From: Candidatus Omnitrophota bacterium
GTDB taxonomy: Bacteria > Omnitrophota > Gorgyraeia > Zapsychrales > Zapsychraceae
NCBI GenBank assembly: GCA_029261055.1
Contig: JAJDCA010000065.1
Location: 9,581 to 73,580, forward strand
Direction: 5' to 3'
Length of the DNA: 64,000 nucleotides
A program made the translations under genes and the position numbers. A model generated the notes under the pieces. The model made no database searches. It had not been told where the DNA came from and worked only from the letters and a program-made list of their open reading frames with translations. Below are positions 1 to 10,023 of the stretch, piece after piece. The stretch's first letter is position 1, and the number at the start of each line of letters is the position of its first letter.

Positions 1-1018
1 TAATTTCTACCCCTTCTTCAATCCGCACATTTTGGGATAAAACAGAATGCTCCACATGACCACCTTCAATTACACACCCTCCGGCAATCATAGAATTCAC
101 AATAGAACCTTTTTGTGAAGACGTACTCACCATTTTAATCGGTGGATACTGTTCATGATAGGTTCTAACCGGCCAAGATTTATCATATAAATTAAATTCA
201 CAATCAGCCTTTAACAAATCCATATTCGCTTCATAATACGCATCCCTTGTCCCGATATCTCGCCAATATTTCGGTTGCCCCTTTTCATCAACAAAATTAT
301 ATACATACACTTTTTTCTGATTACGCAGCATTTGCGGAATCACATTTTTTCCAAAATCATGGGCCGAGCTGATGGAAGCATCCTCTCCAAGCTCCTTTAG
401 AAGCGCATCACGCTTAAACAAATAAATACCCATGGAAGCTGAAATTTCACCCGGACTTTCCGGAATCGTTTTAGGCTCTGCCGGTTTTTCTTGAAAACCT
501 AATACATGATGATCCGCATCCATTTCAATAACACCAAAGTGAGGCGATGTTTCTTTAGGCATAGGAACACAAGCCACCGTAACATCCGCATCTTTTTCTT
601 GATGAAAGGCAATCATTTCCTGATAATCCATTTTATAAATATGGTCACCGGCTAAAATCAAAACAAGTTCAGGATCACAATCTTCAATGGCATAAATATT
701 TTGATAAATAGCATCCGCCGTGCCTTTATACCAATCCGCACTGATCCTCTGTTGGGCTGGAATAATATCAATGAATTCTCCAAGCTGACTGGAAACAATA
801 TTCCATCCTGCTAAGAGATGTTTTTGCAGAGAAAATGACTTGTATTGTGTTAAGACATAAATACGCCGTAGGCCGGAATTGATGCAGTTACTCAATGTAA
901 AATCAACAATCCTGTAAATACCACCAAAAGGCACCGCGGGCTTGGTCCGATCCCGTGTCAAAGGATCCAATCGCTCGCCTCGTCCTCCCGCTAAAATGAA
1001 TGTTAATAATTCGCGCAT
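1..1018 (-). CDS. glgC: glucose-1-phosphate adenylyltransferase (3' end runs off the window)
   Basis: Not in the ORF track; translated by hand from ATG at 1018: MRELLTFILAGGRGERLDPLTRDRTKPAVPFGGIYRIVDFTLSNCINSG...WYKGTADAIYQN, the canonical GlgC motifs. Confidence 0.95.
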   Translation of the reverse strand, partial: MRELLTFILAGGRGERLDPLTRDRTKPAVPFGGIYRIVDFTLSNCINSGLRRIYVLTQYKSFSLQKHLLAGWNIVSSQLGEFIDIIPAQQRISADWYKGTADAIYQNIYAIEDCDPELVLILAGDHIYKMDYQEMIAFHQEKDADVTVACVPMPKETSPHFGVIEMDADHHVLGFQEKPAEPKTIPESPGEISASMGIYLFKRDALLKELGEDASISSAHDFGKNVIPQMLRNQKKVYVYNFVDEKGQPKYWRDIGTRDAYYEANMDLLKADCEFNLYDKSWPVRTYHEQYPPIKMVSTSSQKGSIVNSMIAGGCVIEGGHVEHSVLSQNVRIEEGVEI

Positions 1019-1123
1019 GATTGCCAATATTACCAAAAATTCAATTCAAAAACAATACAAATATAAAAGAAGTGTCTACAAAGAGTCGACAAATTCCATT
1101 TTAAATGCTATTATCTGCCCACT

Positions 1124-1900
1124 ATGGATAAATCAGCTCTCATCTACTGGACAACTCTCACAGGCGTTATAAGTGCCTTAGCTACCGGCCTCGGGGCTAT
1201 TCCTGTACATTTTATCAAAAATAATTCCCCCAAATTAAGGGCCATGGCTTCAGCAGTGGCCGCTGGTATGATGATTTCGGCTTCCGTATTTTCCTTGGCT
1301 CAGGAAGGCATTGCCCTTCAAAGCAAATTTCCCTTGGCCCCATATATTGTCATTCTTGGACTTATCCTCGGAGCTACATTCTTTTATTATTCTGAAAAAA
1401 AAATCTCAGCCCTTAACATAGAAGGAAATCTTTTAACCCATGGATTAACTCAACGTGGATTTCTTATCTTTGCCGCCATGTTTGTTCACTCGATCCCTGA
1501 AGGCATTGCGATTGGCGTGGCCTTTGCCACCGGACATTTTCATTTTGGATTAGTTATGGCCTTAGCTATTGCCGTTCACAATATTCCCGAAGGCATCGCC
1601 ATATCGCTTCCACTTAAAGCAGATAATGTTTCTACAAGAAAATGCGCCGCTGTTTCCATCCTTACAAGCCTTCCTCAACCACTTATGGCAGCTCCTGCGG
1701 CTTTACTAGCCTGGTTTTTTGAACCGCTTCTACCTATTGGATTAGGTTTTGCCGGCGGAGCTATGATCTATTTGGTTGTCAGCGAATTAATTCCAGACGC
1801 TTTGGAAAATGGCGGAAAAAGTCTCACCGCATGGGGCGTTATGATGGGACTTTCAGGAATGCTATTGATTACAACTCTTCTTAATCAGATCCCGTATTAG
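1124..1900 (+). CDS. ZIP/GufA family divalent metal transporter
   Basis: HSIPEGIAIG and HNIPEGIAI motifs; multiple TM helices. Confidence 0.9.
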   Translation: MDKSALIYWTTLTGVISALATGLGAIPVHFIKNNSPKLRAMASAVAAGMMISASVFSLAQEGIALQSKFPLAPYIVILGLILGATFFYYSEKKISALNIEGNLLTHGLTQRGFLIFAAMFVHSIPEGIAIGVAFATGHFHFGLVMALAIAVHNIPEGIAISLPLKADNVSTRKCAAVSILTSLPQPLMAAPAALLAWFFEPLLPIGLGFAGGAMIYLVVSELIPDALENGGKSLTAWGVMMGLSGMLLITTLLNQIPY

Positions 1901-4900
1901 GAGTTGTCCAAATTGTTTTTGGACAATCTCTTAATTTGCCTTTCCTTTATCCAAGCATACAATACCGGCACTAAAATTAAATTAGCCAATGTTGCCGTGA
2001 CGAGTCCACCTACCGTTGGGGCCGCCATAGGTTTCATAATTTCAGAACCACTCCCCGTAGAAAACATAACCGGCAGCAAAGCAATGATGGTGGTCATGGT
2101 CGTCATCATAGCAGGCCTGACTCTTAATAATCCAGCCTCGATAACGGTTTGGCGCACATCAGTAATTGTTTTTGGCATTTTTTCTTTAAATAATTGTTCA
2201 AGGGTAGATAAAAGAACCACCGCATTATCAGTGGCAACACCGAACAGAGCGATAAACCCTACCCACACCGCTGTGGAAAAACGAAAATCTAATAAAAACA
2301 AAAGAATAACCCCACCCATTAATGATAACGGAAGTACGCCAGCTAATATGGCCAACACACTAAAATTTTTAAAAGCTATGTAAAGTAAAATAAGAATAAC
2401 CGCCAAGGCTATGATAATGGATGGCAACAACTTTTTACGAGATTCCATCTCCGCCTCAAACTGACCGGACCATGTAATGAAATACCCCGGTGGAATTTGA
2501 ACATTACCTTTTTGAATTTCCTCCTGAACAACTTTTTGCGCATCCGCAACAAAATCTACAAGACCTATTTTACTCTGATCTACACTGACAAAAACACGAC
2601 CATACGGCATAGTATTCTCGGATAAAATCATCGCCGGTCCCGGCACTTTTTTAAACTCTACCAATTGAGCCAAAGGTATCTGCGCTGGCCCCGGACTATT
2701 ACGCCACATCCATCTCGTCGGAACAAATATGCGTTTTAAATCTTCAGGGTTATCCCTTAACTCACGCATGTACCGTACTCTCACAGGATATCGCTCCCGC
2801 CCCTCGACCGTTGTCGTCACATTCATGCCACCAATCCCTGTCATAATTAAATCCTGAATATCCTGCACATGAATACCATAACGCGCGGCTTGTTTACGAT
2901 TAATGTCCATCTCAAAATACGATCGCCCTCCGATACGTTCAGCATACGGTGACACGGCGCCCTCTACCTTGCTCACAATCTTTTCTAACTGAATACCAAT
3001 CTTTTCAATTTCTTTTAAATCCGGCCCGAAAACTTTAATGCCTACCGGCGTCTGAATACCTGTAGCTAACATATCAATACGATTACGAATCGGTTGGGTC
3101 ATAATAGGGCTGACACCAGGCATCTTTGTCTTTTCCTGAATTTCTTCAATGAGCTTGGCCCGTGTCATACCAGGACGCCAATGTTTTTTATCTTTAAGAC
3201 TCACAATGGTTTCAATCATGGCTACTGGCGCAGGGTCAGTTGATGTCTCAGCTCTCCCCAACTTACCAACAACACGTTCCACCTCGGGAAATTCATTTTT
3301 GATAATAATATCTTGTTTCTGCATGATTTCCATCACTTGTGTCAATGAGGCTCCCGGAAGCAAAACCGGCATAAACAAAAGATCCCCTTCATCTAAAGGC
3401 GGCATAAATTCTTGTTTCATAACCGAACCTAATCCCAAACCAAGAACAAAAACACATACAGAAATAATAATAATGATTTTTTTGCATTTCAAAGCCCATT
3501 GAAGAAATGGCCTATAACCTTGATGCAAAAGTTTTGCCATTTTATTATCTTCAATACGAAGCAACCTTCCTCGTAATAAAATATAACACAGCGTCGGTAA
3601 AAGCGTTAAAGCAATGATGGCTGCTCCGATCATGGCAAAAGTCTTTGTAAACGCTAACGGACTAAATAATTTTCCAGCCTGACCTGTTAAAACAAAAACA
3701 GGAACAAAACTCACAATCGTTGTCAGTAAAGCAAACAATACCGGTCGGCCTACTTCTTGAGCAGCCTGAACACATACATCCAAACGCTCTGCGCGCGTTA
3801 AGGTCTGACCTTTTTTTTCTACACTCTTCAAAGCCAATTTTCTGTAAATATTTTCCACCATCACACACCCCGAATCCACCATCACACCAATGGCAATTGC
3901 AATGCCACCCAGAGACATAATATTGGCATCCACACCGAACTGTTTCATTAAAATAAAAGCGATTAAAATTCCAATAGGAAGGACGATAGAAATAATCACA
4001 CTGCCCCAAAAATGAAGAAGAAAAATAAGAATAACAACTACAGTGATTAAAATTTCCTGTGTCAAAGCGGAAGTTAATGTATGAACCGAATCCAAAATCA
4101 ATCTTGTCCTATCATAAAAAGGAACAATTTTTACGCCCTCTGGTAACCCCACAGAAATTTCTTCAATCTTTTCTTTGATCCGCTTAATCACCTCCAAAGG
4201 ATTTTCGCCAAAACGCATTAAGACAACGCCACCCGTCGCTTCGCGCCCTTCTTTATCCAAAGCGCCACGTCGGAAATCAGCCCCCAAGGCAACACCACCA
4301 ATATCTTTAATGCTAATCGGTGTTCCTTCATGCACACCAATCACAATATCTTCAATGTCTTCAATACTCTTAATAAACCCCAAACCACGCACCACATATT
4401 CCAGTCCGCCCTCTTCAAATACCTTTGCCCCTACATCAATGTTAGACATCTTGATCGCCTGTATGACATGAAGTAGACTTACGTTGTAAGCTAATAATTT
4501 ATTTGGATCGACATCAACTTGATATTGTTTGACATACCCTCCAACAGAAGCAACTTCCGATACCCCTTCGACACTTGTTAACTGAAACCGGACATACCAA
4601 TCTTGAATTGAACGAAGTTCATCTAATCCATAATCCTCACCCTCCACGGTATACCAAAATATCTGTCCTAAAGCGGTGGCATCCGGCCCCAAGGTAACCA
4701 CCGCATCCGCGGGCATATCCTTCTTCGCAAAATCCAACCGCTCAAGCACGCGCGTCCGCGCCCAATAATAATCTGTGCCATCCTCAAAGATCATATTAAC
4801 CAGGCCAAACCCAAAAGCCGCAGAGGAACGGACAACCTTAACTTTCGGCGTCCCCATCAAGCCCGTCGTCAAAGGATAAATCACCTGATCTTCTACATCC

Positions 4901-5076
4901 TGCGGACTCCGCCCCGGCCACTCTGCATACACAATCACCTGGAGCTCCCCAATATCAGGAATCGCATCAATCGGCGTCTGCCGCATAGCAGAGAAACCAA
5001 AGACAACAAGAAGCGCAAATGTCGTCAGCACCAAGAACCTGTTTTTAAGACAGCTTTTTATAATTGTGTTGATCAT
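1897..5076 (-). CDS. cusA: CusA/SilA-type heavy-metal RND efflux permease
   Basis: 1059 aa; DAIPD, LGPDATALG, GGIAIAIGVMVD, FMPPLDEGDLLFMP, RNRIDMLATG motifs. Confidence 0.93.
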   Translation of the reverse strand: MINTIIKSCLKNRFLVLTTFALLVVFGFSAMRQTPIDAIPDIGELQVIVYAEWPGRSPQDVEDQVIYPLTTGLMGTPKVKVVRSSAAFGFGLVNMIFEDGTDYYWARTRVLERLDFAKKDMPADAVVTLGPDATALGQIFWYTVEGEDYGLDELRSIQDWYVRFQLTSVEGVSEVASVGGYVKQYQVDVDPNKLLAYNVSLLHVIQAIKMSNIDVGAKVFEEGGLEYVVRGLGFIKSIEDIEDIVIGVHEGTPISIKDIGGVALGADFRRGALDKEGREATGGVVLMRFGENPLEVIKRIKEKIEEISVGLPEGVKIVPFYDRTRLILDSVHTLTSALTQEILITVVVILIFLLHFWGSVIISIVLPIGILIAFILMKQFGVDANIMSLGGIAIAIGVMVDSGCVMVENIYRKLALKSVEKKGQTLTRAERLDVCVQAAQEVGRPVLFALLTTIVSFVPVFVLTGQAGKLFSPLAFTKTFAMIGAAIIALTLLPTLCYILLRGRLLRIEDNKMAKLLHQGYRPFLQWALKCKKIIIIISVCVFVLGLGLGSVMKQEFMPPLDEGDLLFMPVLLPGASLTQVMEIMQKQDIIIKNEFPEVERVVGKLGRAETSTDPAPVAMIETIVSLKDKKHWRPGMTRAKLIEEIQEKTKMPGVSPIMTQPIRNRIDMLATGIQTPVGIKVFGPDLKEIEKIGIQLEKIVSKVEGAVSPYAERIGGRSYFEMDINRKQAARYGIHVQDIQDLIMTGIGGMNVTTTVEGRERYPVRVRYMRELRDNPEDLKRIFVPTRWMWRNSPGPAQIPLAQLVEFKKVPGPAMILSENTMPYGRVFVSVDQSKIGLVDFVADAQKVVQEEIQKGNVQIPPGYFITWSGQFEAEMESRKKLLPSIIIALAVILILLYIAFKNFSVLAILAGVLPLSLMGGVILLFLLDFRFSTAVWVGFIALFGVATDNAVVLLSTLEQLFKEKMPKTITDVRQTVIEAGLLRVRPAMMTTMTTIIALLPVMFSTGSGSEIMKPMAAPTVGGLVTATLANLILVPVLYAWIKERQIKRLSKNNLDNS

Positions 5077-5092
5077 TCTGCATCCTTATTTC

Positions 5093-5249
5093 AAAGAAGT
5101 AGAGAGGTAAAGGTGCAAGAAGCAGAGAAAAATAAAAAAAAACTTCATACAAACTTCTACTTTCTTGCCTCTTACATCTCTACTTCTCTGCTTCTCTGCT
5201 TCTTACTTCTCTACCTCTTGCTTCTTACACCTCTGCCTCTTACTTCCCC
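5093..5249. repeat. bipartite degenerate 7-8-mer repeat element, copy 1
   Basis: About 4 purine-rich units, an A-rich spacer, then about 12 T[AG]C[TCA]TCT(C) units; same architecture as 46745-46885. Confidence 0.8.
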
Positions 5250-5250
5250 A

Positions 5251-6414
5251 TCAATGCTTATGCCCCGAGCCTTTCATCGATCCCTTTGGTTCAGCGGGCT
5301 CCAACGCTCCCCCATAAGACGAGGACACAACACCTGTAATCTGACTCTGCGAATCAATAAGAAAATTTCCTTTTGTCACGACATGCTCACCTTCTTTTAA
5401 ACCTTTCAAAACCGGATAATATTTTAATAGCTGATCCGCATGACTGATCGATTCAGGCCCAATCTCCACAAGCCTTCCTTCAAATTTCTCTTTTCCCTTG
5501 ACCACCCATACAATCCTTCTCCGCCCGGTATCTAACAAAGCGCTTTTAGGAATGGAAAGCACATCTTCATTGCCGTCGGGATCAGTGTATTGACTCATGA
5601 TTTCAACATCCACATACATTTCCGGCTTAAGTTTTTCATCAGGATTTTCCACAAGAGCACGAAATCGTACAGAACGCGTTAAAGGATCTACAACAGGATT
5701 GATGGATACTACCTTACCAAAGAACTCTTCTCCCGCGAAGCTGAGTGGACGCACTTTTACATAAGAATCTTTCTTGACCCAATTCAACTCATACTCAAAA
5801 ACATTTCCATAAATCCACATTCTTTTACCAGGAAGGATTAAACTTTCTTCGACTTCCTGAGTTTGCTCCAATACATTAATTTGATCTTCATTTAAACCCA
5901 GCAACAACAATTTACGCTTCGAAGAACTAATCATTGAAGCTGCCCGGTCAATAATTTCGACAATTTCACCCTGCGTAGCCTTGTAATAGGCCTTAACCGC
6001 AGAGATAAATTCATCCTGTGCAATAGCGAGTTGTGGATCATACGCCACACGTCCTACCGCACGAATTTCTTTAAAAAGATGACGTTTAACAACTTGTTCC
6101 GTTTTAATACCTGCCAATTTTAATTCTCTCGCCTTAATTTCAACCTTACTAATAACATTTGCATCAAATTTCTCTTCTACCATTCCCCCCTTTTTAACCG
6201 GAGTTAACGGCATAAAACAAATCGGACATTTGGTATCACCCTTTGCATAATTTTCCGGTGTTACTTTAACGCTAGGGTGCATACCACAGGTATAGTGGGA
6301 CACTTCTTCCACATGCTCAGGCTGATGACTTTCTTGAGAAGATACTTGCGCAAATCCATCTACTGCAAAAGGTCCCATCAACAAAATGACCATCATAAAA
6401 TTTACTAATTTCAT
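5251..6414 (-). CDS. cusB: CusB-type membrane fusion protein with N-terminal heavy-metal-binding domain
   Basis: YTCGMHP...KCPICFMPL, LKPEMY, GNFLIDS motifs; start set to ATG 6414 behind GGAGG. Confidence 0.88.
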   Translation of the reverse strand: MKLVNFMMVILLMGPFAVDGFAQVSSQESHQPEHVEEVSHYTCGMHPSVKVTPENYAKGDTKCPICFMPLTPVKKGGMVEEKFDANVISKVEIKARELKLAGIKTEQVVKRHLFKEIRAVGRVAYDPQLAIAQDEFISAVKAYYKATQGEIVEIIDRAASMISSSKRKLLLLGLNEDQINVLEQTQEVEESLILPGKRMWIYGNVFEYELNWVKKDSYVKVRPLSFAGEEFFGKVVSINPVVDPLTRSVRFRALVENPDEKLKPEMYVDVEIMSQYTDPDGNEDVLSIPKSALLDTGRRRIVWVVKGKEKFEGRLVEIGPESISHADQLLKYYPVLKGLKEGEHVVTKGNFLIDSQSQITGVVSSSYGGALEPAEPKGSMKGSGHKH

Positions 6415-6427
6415 TTTATCCTCCCTA

Positions 6428-7714
6428 TCATAATTTCTCTCCAACAATTCTTTCCAAATACGCGATGGACTTATGATAATCCACAACCGCCTTGTAATAC
6501 GCTAGGCGTGTCTGTAAATACGTCCTTTCCGTATCCAACCAATCTAAAAAACTAATATTTCCCGTTTCAAATCCCGTTTGCGAAGAGTCAAACGCCTGCT
6601 GAGCCTGAGGCATCAAAGCTGTTTCATAAAGAGAAATAATATCGCGGTAAGTCGTAATTTTAAAATACATATCTTGCGCCTCAAAGGTAATCTGATTCCT
6701 AACACCCTTTTGACTTTCCTGTGCTGCTTTTAAAGATGATGTTTTTTCATTAAACAAGGCCTTTAATTTGCCAAACCATATTGGCACATTAACCGAAACT
6801 TTGGCTAGCCAAGCATCCTGGCCGTCATCAATAGAGGTCGTTGTCCCTCCGCCAATTTCAATAAATTCTGCCCCCAAAGTGAAATCTGGAAAATAATTCA
6901 TACGTGCTAAAGATTTTTCATATACAGCCCTTTCAACAAAAAAGTCCGCCGCCATCAACTCTTGTCGGGAATTCTGAGCTTTATTAACAACATCCTCCAT
7001 GGTATAAATAAAATCCTGATATTCTGCCTCTGTGATCTTTGCGATAATGACATTTGGTTTCCGGTTAAGCAGACTATTCATCCTCGCGGCTAGACTTTGC
7101 CTATTTTGTTTAAATAAAAATAATTTCCGGATAATATTAGAAAGCTCGACCTGCGCCTTGATCACGTCTTGCTGCGGAACAAGATTGGATTCATATTTTC
7201 GCTGGGCTACTTTTTCCAGCTTCTCCAAAATCGCCTTTTCTTCTTCATTAATCTCTACCGCCTTATCCACCCAGAACAAATCATAATACACAAACTTTAT
7301 ATCCTTAATGATTTCATTCTTAACTGCTTCGTATTGCTCCTTAAATATTTGCGCCTGCTTCGACTGCACTTTACCTTTCAGCCTTCGTTTCCCAGGAAAT
7401 GGGATTTTTTGCGCAAGGCCATATTTTTGCTTCTGCGGACCAACCCTTGTCTGCACCTCTTCCCCAAAATACCCATAACTGGCAACAGGGTCATCCAGAC
7501 TTTTCGCACTTTTAATTTTATATTCAGCCGTTTTCCATTTATGGTAGGCCTGTTGGATATTAGGATTATGATCAACAGCTTTCTCAATATAGGAATGAAG
7601 ACTTTCTTGCGCGGCCACTGAGATAGGCAAACACAAAAGAATAAAAACAAAAACAACCCATCTAAAACTTTGCTTATTAATTTTTAAAATTTGTTTGTAT
7701 CTTGTTTCTTGCAT
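6428..7714 (-). CDS. TolC/CusC family outer-membrane efflux protein
   Basis: QKIPFPGKR and VNVPIW motifs, signal peptide, position in csoR-OMF-MFP-RND operon; start uncertain (7714 vs 7756). Confidence 0.88.
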   Translation of the reverse strand: MQETRYKQILKINKQSFRWVVFVFILLCLPISVAAQESLHSYIEKAVDHNPNIQQAYHKWKTAEYKIKSAKSLDDPVASYGYFGEEVQTRVGPQKQKYGLAQKIPFPGKRRLKGKVQSKQAQIFKEQYEAVKNEIIKDIKFVYYDLFWVDKAVEINEEEKAILEKLEKVAQRKYESNLVPQQDVIKAQVELSNIIRKLFLFKQNRQSLAARMNSLLNRKPNVIIAKITEAEYQDFIYTMEDVVNKAQNSRQELMAADFFVERAVYEKSLARMNYFPDFTLGAEFIEIGGGTTTSIDDGQDAWLAKVSVNVPIWFGKLKALFNEKTSSLKAAQESQKGVRNQITFEAQDMYFKITTYRDIISLYETALMPQAQQAFDSSQTGFETGNISFLDWLDTERTYLQTRLAYYKAVVDYHKSIAYLERIVGEKL

Positions 7715-7748
7715 CTTGCACCTTACCTCTTTTTTAAAGAATACCTTA

Positions 7749-8033
7749 TTACCCACTCTTTCTAAACGTCTTTAACAATTTTAATACTTCTTCTATTTTC
7801 TTTTTTTTCTCAGGTTCTGATTTTCCTTCAAAAGCCGTCTTAACGCAAGTATCCAAATGCTTTTCTAAAATATCACTCTGTACCCTTCCGACAGCACTGG
7901 ACACAGCGCTCAACTGCGTTAAAATATCCACACAATAACGCTTATCCTCGATCATTTTCTGAATGCCACGCACTTGCCCTTCAATACGTCTTAAAGCATC
8001 CAACTTCATTTTATGACTCGGTGACTTTTTCAT
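7749..8033 (-). CDS. csoR: CsoR/RcnR family metal-sensing repressor
   Basis: [26 protein letters not shown]...HLDTCV with the C-H-C ligand set. Confidence 0.9.
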   Translation of the reverse strand: MKKSPSHKMKLDALRRIEGQVRGIQKMIEDKRYCVDILTQLSAVSSAVGRVQSDILEKHLDTCVKTAFEGKSEPEKKKKIEEVLKLLKTFRKSG

Positions 8034-8046
8034 CACCCAAAGGATA

Positions 8047-8067
8047 ACATACCCTATGGGGGTATGT
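8047..8067. promoter_or_regulatory. CsoR operator overlapping a minus-strand sigma70 promoter
   Basis: Perfect inverted repeat ACATACCC-N5-GGGTATGT between TTGACA (8065-8070) and TATCCT (8041-8046); resembles known CsoR G/C-tract operators. Confidence 0.85.
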
Positions 8068-8156
8068 CAATTTTTTTTGCCTTAATTTAATCTCGACAGA
8101 ATAGTGTGCAAATGCTATGATTTTTTTAAATCATAAAAATAACGAAAGGAACCCTG

Positions 8157-8390
8157 ATGAAAAAACGATCTATGCCCTATTTAGCTGTGGCCGGTGCCGT
8201 TATTGCCCTTCTATTACTATTAAATGTTAACGGTAATGCCTATAAAAAAGAATCCGCAACAGAAGATTTAAGCCAAACATTTGTTACCGACAAAAGTGAT
8301 CGTACACTTTTAAAAGAAATTCTTGTTTCTCAAAAAGAAACCGCTAAACTTTTAAAAGAAATTAAAATGCTTCTTGAAGAAAAAAAATAA
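8157..8390 (+). CDS. small hypothetical exported/membrane protein
   Basis: AAAGGA RBS, N-terminal hydrophobic helix, upstream TCGACA-17-TATGAT promoter. Confidence 0.6.
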   Translation: MKKRSMPYLAVAGAVIALLLLLNVNGNAYKKESATEDLSQTFVTDKSDRTLLKEILVSQKETAKLLKEIKMLLEEKK

Positions 8391-8407
8391 GCATACTCAA
8401 AAAAAAT

Positions 8408-9340
8408 ATGAAATACGCCTTCATTGCCCTTTTCTTCTTCACGACAATTATTTCTACTGCCCTCGGACAAGAACAAAGAACAGACGGTTTGTATGAAGAA
8501 TTTTATGAATCTGGAGAGCTCCGACGCCTCGTCACATATGCCAATGGAAAACCGAATGGGCATTTTAATATCTTTGACAAAAATCGCAAACTCATAGGCG
8601 AAGGACTCTATATTGACGGCATATTGGATGACAAAGCCATTAGCTATTATCCTAACGGCTTGCCCAAACTAGAATTATTTTATACAAATGGAGCTCTCCA
8701 CGGAGTTTCCAAATCATTCTACGAAGATGGCACACTCAAAAGCGAATCACGCTATGAAAATAATCAACTCAACGGTCCCTCCAGAGAATACCGGGACAAT
8801 GGGGTCTTACATTATGAACGAAATTACAAAAATGATAAAGAACACGGCCTCGCTAAAGAATATTCAGACAACGGACTCCTTAAACGATCAACACAATTTG
8901 CAGATGGCGTTCAAAAAGGCATCATTCGGGAATACAGCAAACAAGGCCGACTATCACGAGCCTTTGAAGCACACAATGGGATCCCAAATGGTACCATAAA
9001 ACAATATTACCCTACTGGTGAACTACGCAGCGAGGGACCACTTACGCCTAAAGGAAAATTAGGTACCGGGCTCATTAAAGAATTTTATAAAAATGGGGCA
9101 TTATGGCGAGAAATTGATATTAAAAGTGGCAAACGTCATGGGCTCTTTCGTGAATTCCATAAAAACGGAACTATCAAAAGTACTGGCCATTTTAAAAACA
9201 GTAAACGTGAAGGCTTATTTGTGACTTACCGAGAAAACGGCATCTTAAAAAATAAGAAAACTTTCGAAACCAATAAAAAAATTCTAAGCAAAAATTATGA
9301 TGAATATGGAAATCTATTGCTTGGAGATGAAGAAGGATAA
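8408..9340 (+). CDS. exported MORN-variant repeat protein (YwqK-like)
   Basis: Signal peptide followed by repeated YY.NG.L...Y.NG..HG units. Confidence 0.8.
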   Translation: MKYAFIALFFFTTIISTALGQEQRTDGLYEEFYESGELRRLVTYANGKPNGHFNIFDKNRKLIGEGLYIDGILDDKAISYYPNGLPKLELFYTNGALHGVSKSFYEDGTLKSESRYENNQLNGPSREYRDNGVLHYERNYKNDKEHGLAKEYSDNGLLKRSTQFADGVQKGIIREYSKQGRLSRAFEAHNGIPNGTIKQYYPTGELRSEGPLTPKGKLGTGLIKEFYKNGALWREIDIKSGKRHGLFREFHKNGTIKSTGHFKNSKREGLFVTYRENGILKNKKTFETNKKILSKNYDEYGNLLLGDEEG

Positions 9341-9343
9341 AAT

Positions 9344-10018
9344 ATGACCTGGATACTCATCATCGTCGGAATTCTCCTATTAACAGGAGCCATTTTGTTA
9401 TCAAAACAATCGCCCTTTAAAGAAGTTACTCGAAATGACTTTCTTTTATCCCTGGCTAAAACCACCGATGGAACGCTTGAACCCTTACATACAAATGAGA
9501 ATTCTTTTAAAATTGATTTCACCTTTGAGAAGAAAAATTTCATCTATGAAGATATCGAGTATCCGGGCTTCCATGGAGAAGTATACAAATCATTTTTAAA
9601 AATTAAAACATCCAGCAAGCTATCTTTAAGTTTCCACGAAAAAAAGCGAACTAAAATCTTAGGATCAAAAATGCTTCTGGCCTCTGAAATACCTAACGAA
9701 GTGCCGGAGAGAGAAATAAAAATAAAATTACCTAAAGGTCTCAGTGGTCTTCATGTCAACACCTCTGACCGCCGACATGCAAATGCTTTATTAAATGATT
9801 CAAGAGCTTCACAAATTTTCACAGAATATAAATACTCTGATCGGGACGGCCTCCCCTATTCATCCTTGAGAATTCATAATGGCTCCATAACCCTGGAATT
9901 TCAGTCTGTCTCCACCCACAAACCCCGCCCATTATCTGAACACAATAACATCAATCAATTGGAAAATTATTTAGATAAATTGATAATTCTAGCAAAAAAG
10001 GTAGAACAGTATAAATAA
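9344..10018 (+). CDS. hypothetical membrane-anchored protein
   Basis: N-terminal TM helix, RBS, tightly coupled to upstream gene. Confidence 0.65.
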   Translation: MTWILIIVGILLLTGAILLSKQSPFKEVTRNDFLLSLAKTTDGTLEPLHTNENSFKIDFTFEKKNFIYEDIEYPGFHGEVYKSFLKIKTSSKLSLSFHEKKRTKILGSKMLLASEIPNEVPEREIKIKLPKGLSGLHVNTSDRRHANALLNDSRASQIFTEYKYSDRDGLPYSSLRIHNGSITLEFQSVSTHKPRPLSEHNNINQLENYLDKLIILAKKVEQYK

Positions 10019-10023
10019 CGACC

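Noticed and set aside
942-1172. 76-aa + strand ORF
   Set aside because: Overlaps the glgC start antisense and the ZIP promoter; no coding features.
5113-5400. Leu/Ser-rich + strand ORF (also 46720-46932)
   Set aside because: These are translations of the 7-8-mer repeat tracts.
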